Shown here: positions 6,436 to 11,648 of the stretch, in pieces
Position numbering within the stretch: the stretch's first letter is position 1
Layout of the letters: each line of letters opens with the position of its first letter
Virus record (IMG/VR): IMGVR_UViG_2671180963_000004
Coordinates: 1-11,648 of that record
Reading direction: 5' to 3' (one strand)
DNA: 11,648 nucleotides
Origin: a virus
Lineage: Duplodnaviria > Heunggongvirae > Uroviricota > Caudoviricetes
Position numbers and translations under genes: made by a program
Notes under the pieces: generated by a model
What the model was told of the DNA's origin: nothing
What the model saw: only the letters and a program-made list of their open reading frames with translations
Databases searched by the model: none

Positions 6436-8535
6436 TTAACGCTTCACTGAGTTTGACTCTAATACTGTTGAGAATCCCGGCCACTCATCAGCGACCTGAT
6501 AAGTAAAATGTTTCCCGTCATAATTTACGGTCGCCCCACGCGCCAGCGCCTCAAGCTCCCATCGCTGCGGCCTGATACCGTTCTGAGCGAGGTCAACGCG
6601 GATACGGGTAATTTGCATTCGTTCCGACCGGGTCAGTCTGGCCGATGGTGCCATTTCATACTGTTTTAACGGGCTTCCGTTTCTCTGCTGACGATTTGGT
6701 GTTCTCAGCCCGTGTTTTAATGCGCCCCTGAGCGCCCTCACGACCTCCGGGTCATTCCATTCGATAACACCGTCATCAACCAGATTAAGCACTGCTGCGG
6801 CGTGCTCAGAAGGCGTGGGAGCCGGTAACGAAGTATCACCGCTGGTGAGCTTTCCACAGTTATTGACAGGACTCCGAGGCGCGGCGATGCCGCTTTTTAA
6901 AGTCAAAGGCTCAACGACCGGCACTTTCGGAACAATGCGCCAGTCCGTCGTTCTGGTGATATGAATATGACGCGCGCCGAGATGCGGCGCGTAAATGCCG
7001 ACCACTCTCTCGACTTCTTCCTCGTACTCGTTAACTTCATCCGACGGACTACGGGCGACCCTGACAGTCTGACAATCGCGCGGGACATTTGCCCCACCCT
7101 GCGCGCTGATATACAGCGCAAAATCACCACTGTCTGCGGCGGCGCGTGCAGCCTCGACGCGCTCGTCAAACTCATCAGCAATGCTGACGCCGCGAGGCAA
7201 TTTGCGTAGTTCACGGTAAGCCCCCATTGTCGGCAGGCCAACCGTTTTAAATTGCGGAATGCGCCACGTTGACGCCCATGCGGTAACAGCCGCGGCAGTA
7301 TCTTTCAGCGGTCTGCCGGTATCGTTATCGAGCTGCCCATCCAGTGCATAGCCGTCGATATTTTTTGAGATGTATTTCGCGATATACCCCGCAGCACCGC
7401 CCCGATTAAGATGTTTTGCCTGAAAACGGTTTCGCGCGGCTCCTCTTTCGTCGCCATCCTCTTTGAGCGCATAGCGACGCATGATTTCGATAATCTGGTT
7501 ACGCTGGCGTGGATTACAAAAAAACATCATATGCCAGTGCGGCGTTCCGTCGTGGTGTGGCTCGACGACTCGCAAACCGTAGACCTGTAAATCATTATCC
7601 TTGAATGCCGTGCGCATCAGGCTCCAGATACGGCAGAGATAACGCTGCGCATCCTTTGGATTAAATGCCTCATCGTTCCAGCCGTGATTTAGCTGGACGG
7701 TTTTACTTTCGCCTTTTCCAACCTGACGTGTCGGGTGATACTTTGACGGCGCGGTCAGCGTGATAAACATCCCCACATCACCCTCTGCGGCGGCGTAACG
7801 CTCAATACCGGCAATGGTGTTCATCAGCTCCATCCGGCGAATTTCAGGATTAGAAATACTGCCCATCACCTTACTGATAAGGTCGATGCGCTCGCCTGTT
7901 TCCCTGTTTTCGAGATCACACGATTTAAGAAATTCCAGATTTGCCTGGCGGCGTGCACGCACATCACGAATGGCATGTTTACTGGCATAAGGAGAACGGT
8001 CTTTATTGACCTCCCCGACAGCAATCAGTAACGCCTCATGCCAGCGCATACGCTGGCCTTTAAGCTGATGAGTCCACCACTCATCGTTAAACAGACGGGC
8101 AATGGCAGAATATGCCTGCCTCGTGGTCATCTGTCCTTTACGGTATTTTTTCCAGTAGAGAGGGGAAATATTGAAAGCACGTGCAGCGCCAGCAACATGA
8201 CCATAGAGGTGAGCCTGCGCCTCATCCGTAAACAGCGATTCTTTTTCGCCATGCGCATCCACCCATGCATCGCAGAGTTCCTCATACATCATGAAAAGCT
8301 GCGATGAGATACGGGCGGCAAACTTTTTCAGCTCCTTGTCATTCATTCCAGGCAGGCGCGCATAATGGTCACGCTCTGCCAGAAACAGCAACGACGCGTC
8401 GGTGTTCATTTCATGGCGCTGATTCACGCGCTCAATGCGCGGCCATAAGCGACGCTGAAAAGTGGATGTGAGGAAATAAAACCCGTGCAGCAGGTATTGG
8501 CGCATCACACTCTTCGCAAACCAGCGAAGAAACAC
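6436..8535 (-). CDS. A: Replication initiation protein A (P2 gpA-like rolling-circle HUH endonuclease)
   Basis: HUH motif in PHHDGTPHWHMMFF and tyrosine pair in GYIAKYISKN, typical of P2 A-family initiators. Called start 8533-8535 is a GTG with an in-frame stop 9 nt upstream (8545-8547); an in-frame ATG at 8503-8505 (MRQYLLHGFYF...) is an alternative start. Coding region overlaps the upstream zinc-finger ORF. Confidence 0.85.
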   Translation of the reverse strand: MFLRWFAKSVMRQYLLHGFYFLTSTFQRRLWPRIERVNQRHEMNTDASLLFLAERDHYARLPGMNDKELKKFAARISSQLFMMYEELCDAWVDAHGEKESLFTDEAQAHLYGHVAGAARAFNISPLYWKKYRKGQMTTRQAYSAIARLFNDEWWTHQLKGQRMRWHEALLIAVGEVNKDRSPYASKHAIRDVRARRQANLEFLKSCDLENRETGERIDLISKVMGSISNPEIRRMELMNTIAGIERYAAAEGDVGMFITLTAPSKYHPTRQVGKGESKTVQLNHGWNDEAFNPKDAQRYLCRIWSLMRTAFKDNDLQVYGLRVVEPHHDGTPHWHMMFFCNPRQRNQIIEIMRRYALKEDGDERGAARNRFQAKHLNRGGAAGYIAKYISKNIDGYALDGQLDNDTGRPLKDTAAAVTAWASTWRIPQFKTVGLPTMGAYRELRKLPRGVSIADEFDERVEAARAAADSGDFALYISAQGGANVPRDCQTVRVARSPSDEVNEYEEEVERVVGIYAPHLGARHIHITRTTDWRIVPKVPVVEPLTLKSGIAAPRSPVNNCGKLTSGDTSLPAPTPSEHAAAVLNLVDDGVIEWNDPEVVRALRGALKHGLRTPNRQQRNGSPLKQYEMAPSARLTRSERMQITRIRVDLAQNGIRPQRWELEALARGATVNYDGKHFTYQVADEWPGFSTVLESNSVKR

Positions 8536-8620
8536 CGCAATGTTTTACCCTTGCCGCGTTAATCTGGCGCTCCAGTAATTCAGCCTGTTGTTCCTGAATA
8601 AAATCTACGTTGTCCGGCAT
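8432..8620 (-). CDS. Small TraR/DksA-like zinc-finger protein (possibly degenerate), 62 aa
   Basis: Contains CEECDAPIPAAR, resembling the C-x2-C-G-x-P-I-P-x-x-RR core of TraR-family phage zinc fingers. The expected second CxxC pair is absent in all three frames; the tail is VLFPHIHFSASLMAAH. Overlaps the A start region by about 70-100 nt. Confidence 0.45.
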   Translation of the reverse strand: MPDNVDFIQEQQAELLERQINAARVKHCGVSSLVCEECDAPIPAARVLFPHIHFSASLMAAH

Positions 8621-8622
8621 TA

Positions 8623-8925
8623 TCAGCTCCTTTTATCGTTAAGTTTCCTGGATACATCAGCGCAATAACTGGCGAGTTCTGTCGTTAATTTTGTCAGTTC
8701 ATCCACTGAGGAAATTTGCTTGTGGAACACAGCGCGTTTAACAAGTAAATTGACCACATCAGACAGGAGGTTTAATTCATTCTGATAAATCGCGATAACA
8801 GATTCAGTTATGTCGCGTTTTTCTTTATCAAGACAAAGTTGAATAAGAGACAAATCACCATTTTCCATAACGGCGATTTTTAAGGCGTTATTCAGTAATA
8901 CAACTGAATGAGAACAGGACATCAA
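8623..8925 (-). CDS. Hypothetical small early protein (100 aa), in the B-to-A interval
   Basis: ORF in the same orientation as the early operon; start overlaps the upstream ORF stop by 4 nt (8922-8925). No recognisable motif. Confidence 0.5.
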   Translation of the reverse strand: MMSCSHSVVLLNNALKIAVMENGDLSLIQLCLDKEKRDITESVIAIYQNELNLLSDVVNLLVKRAVFHKQISSVDELTKLTTELASYCADVSRKLNDKRS

Positions 8926-9146
8926 AGCACCTCCCCGCGAGACAATCCGATATTGTGAAATTTTTCCGACTCCTGACTGAGCAGCTCGACTATCTCCACG
9001 CGGGATAACTCCGCCTTTGTGATATGGCGAATCATGGCGTCAAGATGAGAAGAAAAGCGCGTCGCAGCGTCGGCCTGTGCTTCGGTTCTGGCCTGTTGCA
9101 GCAGTAATGCGTATTTACCGCACTGATTTTCAGAAACTGTATGCAT
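8922..9146 (-). CDS. Hypothetical small early protein (74 aa), downstream of B
   Basis: ORF in early-operon orientation, coupled by overlap to the next ORF. No recognisable motif. Confidence 0.5.
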   Translation of the reverse strand: MHTVSENQCGKYALLLQQARTEAQADAATRFSSHLDAMIRHITKAELSRVEIVELLSQESEKFHNIGLSRGEVL

Positions 9147-9209
9147 GACTTTCTCCAGGCAAAAAGAAGCCCCGCACGATTAAGTGCGTTAAAAACTCTG
9201 GTTAATTAT

Positions 9210-9710
9210 TTAATGCAAATATTGCTCTGGTTTTACCGACGTCAGAATTGTCGGTGCATACTCAAACAGACTGAATAGTTCACGTAATGCACGGAATAAA
9301 GCATCACGCCAGTAACATGACTCTTCATTAATTCGCCAGTATGGCTGATTGAATTCTTTTTCAGTCAATCCGGCATGCATAAATAAAGTACGACGCTGAC
9401 TGACTGTTAAAAAACTAATATATGCATACTCACTTGCGCCAACCTGACGGCGTTTTGAGAATGCCCCACGCAATTCATCAATTGCACAAACCAGCCGTTC
9501 ACGTTCGACGTCGTTCATTTCTTCAAAACGCATCGTTGCGTGACGTTGTTTTAACTGCGCATGAAAGCAAACTGTTAGCCGTTCGCGCTCCATCATCTGA
9601 TTATAATAATCACATGTATCCTGCCAGCGAGGGACGGCAAGATGCTTACCAATTATCCGGCGCATAGCTGCTGGCTGTTTTTCGACGAGATTGAGCGTCA
9701 TCACTGTCAT
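9210..9710 (-). CDS. B: Replication protein B (P2 gpB-like, 166 aa, helicase-loader-type early protein)
   Basis: 166-aa ORF of the length and position (downstream of cox and a small ORF, upstream of A) expected for P2 B. Confidence 0.75.
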   Translation of the reverse strand: MTVMTLNLVEKQPAAMRRIIGKHLAVPRWQDTCDYYNQMMERERLTVCFHAQLKQRHATMRFEEMNDVERERLVCAIDELRGAFSKRRQVGASEYAYISFLTVSQRRTLFMHAGLTEKEFNQPYWRINEESCYWRDALFRALRELFSLFEYAPTILTSVKPEQYLH

Positions 9711-9877
9711 TTCCAGACCCTCCGGCTTTTCAGAAAGGTCAGAGCCTTTTTTAACGGACTCTGTTTTTTGGTGCGGATAATGATTCCCTTACGCCCCTTA
9801 CCGTGGGTGATGGTGAAGTCAATCGCCCTGGGGCTTTCGTTACGCAGTAACTGAGCAATACAACGCGGTTCACTCAT
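9707..9877 (-). CDS. Small early ORF between cox and B (orf78-like position), about 56 aa
   Basis: ORF track starts at ATG 9902-9904, which would overlap the cox 3' end by 25 nt. In-frame ATG at 9875-9877 lies 2 nt after the cox stop and is preferred. Stop overlaps the B start (ATGA-type). Confidence 0.45.
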   Translation of the reverse strand: MSEPRCIAQLLRNESPRAIDFTITHGKGRKGIIIRTKKQSPLKKALTFLKSRRVWK

Positions 9878-9879
9878 AA

Positions 9880-10152
9880 TCACAACCCCATCCACAAAAG
9901 CCATGCATCACGCTGTTCAACTGGTCGGTTATAAAACGCCTCTCGTACAGCGCGATTAAACTCTGGAATGAAAACCCACTTCTCACCGACACGAGCGTTC
10001 GGCTTACTTGGATCACGAAGCTCAATAACTGGCAATTTATTCTCTTTTACCATCTTGACTACAGCCGTTTCTGGCTTACCAAGTAACTCTGCAAACTTAA
10101 CCGTATGTACCGCATCAATCGGGTACTGAATCACATAGTCATTGACTTCCAT
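9880..10152 (-). CDS. cox: Cox (P2-type excisionase/early-promoter regulator), 90 aa
   Basis: 90-aa ORF, first gene of the minus-strand early operon and divergent from C. Region KLPVIELRDPSKPNARVGEKWVFIPEFN...RDAWLLWMGL resembles P2 Cox as I recall it. Confidence 0.78.
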   Translation of the reverse strand: MEVNDYVIQYPIDAVHTVKFAELLGKPETAVVKMVKENKLPVIELRDPSKPNARVGEKWVFIPEFNRAVREAFYNRPVEQRDAWLLWMGL

Positions 10153-10197
10153 TGATTAGCCCTTTTTGCTTTCGTGTTACCCTTATTAGATCCAGCC

Positions 10198-10227
10198 CCT
10201 TCTAGGTCGCCCCTGTCCTTTCTAGGG
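10198..10227. repeat. Direct repeats CCTTCTAGG / CCTTTCTAGG (10198-10206 and 10218-10227): second candidate operator or Cox-box pair
   Basis: Near-identical 9-10-bp direct repeats spaced about 21 bp apart (two helical turns) in the cox-C intergenic region. Confidence 0.3.
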
Positions 10228-10248
10228 ACTGGCTAACACACTCAAAAG

Positions 10249-10292
10249 GTCACCAATACACAACCTTTTGACGGGAATATAAGTCACCAATA
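10249..10292. repeat. Direct repeats GTCACCAATA (10249-10258 and 10283-10292) flanking the candidate Pe -10: candidate repressor (C) or Cox operator half-sites
   Basis: Exact 10-bp direct repeat, 34 bp apart, one copy inside the Pe spacer and one just downstream of the predicted start site. Confidence 0.35.
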
Positions 10293-10304
10293 GGTTACTG
10301 TCAA
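10276..10304 (-). promoter_or_regulatory. Candidate early promoter Pe (minus strand): -35 TTGACA (10304-10299), 17-nt spacer, -10 TATATT (10281-10276)
   Basis: Near-consensus hexamers with 17-bp spacing, read on the minus strand. Lies on the C-proximal side of the cox-C intergenic region, consistent with the face-to-face Pe/Pc arrangement described for P2. Confidence 0.5.
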
Positions 10305-10598
10305 ATGCAGACATTCGAAAAACTGAAAGCGATTAGGAAAGCAGAAGGCTTAACACAGGCGAAATTCAGCGAAATTAGCGGGATAGCTCTAGGAACAGTC
10401 AAAAATTACGAAAGTGGGCATAAAGACCCTGGTCTCAGCATCGTTATGCGAGTCACAAATACGCCTTTATTTAAAAAATATACGCTCTGGTTAATGACTG
10501 GTGATACGTCACCACAAGCTGGTCAGATCGCGCCGGCTCTCGCACACATTGGGCAAAAACCAACAGAATCAGACCGCTCCGAAAAACAGACTGGTTAA
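10305..10598 (+). CDS. C: Immunity repressor C (P2 C-like, 97 aa, HTH)
   Basis: N-terminal helix-turn-helix region LTQAKFSEISGIALGTVKNYESG. C-terminal KYTLWLMTGDTSPQAGQIAPALAHIGQ closely resembles P2 C as I recall it. Divergent from cox and upstream of int. Confidence 0.82.
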   Translation: MQTFEKLKAIRKAEGLTQAKFSEISGIALGTVKNYESGHKDPGLSIVMRVTNTPLFKKYTLWLMTGDTSPQAGQIAPALAHIGQKPTESDRSEKQTG

Positions 10599-10667
10599 CA
10601 CTCTATAAACATTACATTTTCACCATTTGTTACCAAGATGGTGAATACAGCGTCAGAGGGCTTTCTT

Positions 10668-11648
10668 ATGTCAATTAAGAAGCTCGATGATGGACGCTAT
10701 GAAGTGGACATTAGACCTCGCGGTCGCGACGGAAAACGCATCCGCAGGAAATTTGAAAGAAAAGCTGAGGCTGTAGCATTTGAGCGATACACAATCGCCT
10801 ACGCCAGCCAGAAAGAATGGGCAGGTCAGCGAGCAGATCGCAGAACTTTGAGTGAGTTGCTGGACATCTGGTGGAAATATCACGGGCAAAACCACGAGCA
10901 TGGAACAAAAGAGTTTAATCATCTGCTCAAAACCATCAGCGGCATAGGTGATATACCAGTGAGCCGGATGAGCAAAAGAGCTTTGATGGATTATCGTTCC
11001 ATGCGACTACGAAATGGTATCAGTGCCGCAACGATAAACCGTGACATGTACCGATTATCCGGCATGTTCACAAAATTAATTCAATTGGATGAATTTTCCG
11101 GGCAACACCCAATTCACGGACTGCCGCCACTGGCGGAGGCCAACCCTGAAATGACGTTCCTGGAAAAAGCAGAAATCGAAAAACTGTTAAATGTTTTGGA
11201 TGGTGATGACTTACTTGTCGCACTTTTATGTCTGAGCACTGGAGGAAGATGGACGGAAGTTGCCACGCTAAAACCAGCACAGATTACAAATTGCAGGGTT
11301 ACCTTCCTGAAAACCAAAAACGGTAAAAAGCGAACCGTGCCGATTTCTGAGGAACTGGAGAAAAAAGTTAAAGAGGAGGCCAGCGCTAAATTATTCAAAG
11401 TTGATTATGAGAAGTTTTGCGGGATTTTACGCAGAGTGAAGCCAGATATACCACCCAATCAGGCAACCCACATCCTGCGGCATACATTCGCAAGCCATTT
11501 CATGATGAATGGGGGCAATATAATCGCACTGCAACAGATTCTGGGACATGCGAGCATTCAGCAGACGATGGCCTATGCGCACCTTGCGCCTGACTACCTG
11601 CAAAATGCCGTCGCGCTGAATCCTCTAAAAGGCGGAGTGACGTTATAA
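10668..11648 (+). CDS. int: Tyrosine integrase (P2 Int-like), about 326 aa
   Basis: MSIKKLDDGRYEVDIRP... matches the P2 Int N-terminus as I recall it. C-terminal catalytic region HILRHTFASHFMMNGGNIIALQQILGHASIQQTMAYAHL carries the H-x-x-R box and Tyr of tyrosine recombinases. Preferred start is ATG 10668 with SD AGAGGG at 10655-10660; the ORF track starts at 10638. Stop is at 11646-11648, the window edge. Confidence 0.9.
   Translation: MSIKKLDDGRYEVDIRPRGRDGKRIRRKFERKAEAVAFERYTIAYASQKEWAGQRADRRTLSELLDIWWKYHGQNHEHGTKEFNHLLKTISGIGDIPVSRMSKRALMDYRSMRLRNGISAATINRDMYRLSGMFTKLIQLDEFSGQHPIHGLPPLAEANPEMTFLEKAEIEKLLNVLDGDDLLVALLCLSTGGRWTEVATLKPAQITNCRVTFLKTKNGKKRTVPISEELEKKVKEEASAKLFKVDYEKFCGILRRVKPDIPPNQATHILRHTFASHFMMNGGNIIALQQILGHASIQQTMAYAHLAPDYLQNAVALNPLKGGVTL

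Noticed and set aside
6903-8307. ORFs 6903-7241 (-), 6961-7209 (+) and 8038-8307 (+) within gene A.
   Set aside because: Internal to or antisense to the 699-aa A ORF, which has clear HUH and Tyr motifs; alternative-frame artefacts.
9171-9190. Short hairpin (CGCAC-GATTAA-GTGCG) just downstream of B that could be a minus-strand terminator or attenuator.
   Set aside because: Only a 5-bp stem, and the downstream T-tract on the minus strand is interrupted; too weak to call, and early-operon genes continue beyond it.
9422-9854. Plus-strand ORFs 9422-9667 and 9642-9854, antisense to B and the small early ORF.
   Set aside because: Antisense to syntenic early genes with no RBS; spurious.
10671-11398. 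Minus-strand ORFs 10671-10922, 10711-10908, 11068-11280 and 11114-11398 inside int.
   Set aside because: Antisense to the integrase, which has a clear catalytic signature; spurious.
1-11648. Searched for CRISPR repeats, tRNA or rRNA genes (including at the window edges, where P2-like att sites might lie).
   Set aside because: No regularly spaced direct repeats and no tRNA-like sequence recognised. Attachment sites probably lie just outside the window.

Overview
The window is a heavily deleted P2-like prophage of enterobacteria, spanning from ogr (left edge) to the integrase (right edge), in reversed orientation relative to the standard P2 map. Protein identifications rest on recognisable motifs and on my recollection of P2 protein sequences; no database search was run. 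Retained backbone: ogr, a frame-disrupted D fragment, a J N-terminal stub, intact W, V and S, a 3' R fragment, an exact P2-type 19-nt cos site, replication genes A and B with small early ORFs, cox, the C repressor and a tyrosine integrase. Two large internal deletions appear to have removed the capsid, lysis, sheath/tube, tape-measure and tail-fibre genes. The main point of interest is an AT-rich three-gene cargo island between cos and gene A, the position occupied by old/tin in P2 and a known anti-phage hotspot. It carries a tightly coupled operon encoding a DUF262/ParB-like protein (DGSQR motif, no fused nuclease domain) and a HEPN-like protein with an Rx4H motif, plus a convergently oriented, complete C5-cytosine DNA methyltransferase. 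I interpret this as a candidate anti-phage defence or restriction-modification-like module of unusual composition; its function is inferred, not demonstrated. No tRNA, rRNA or CRISPR array was found.
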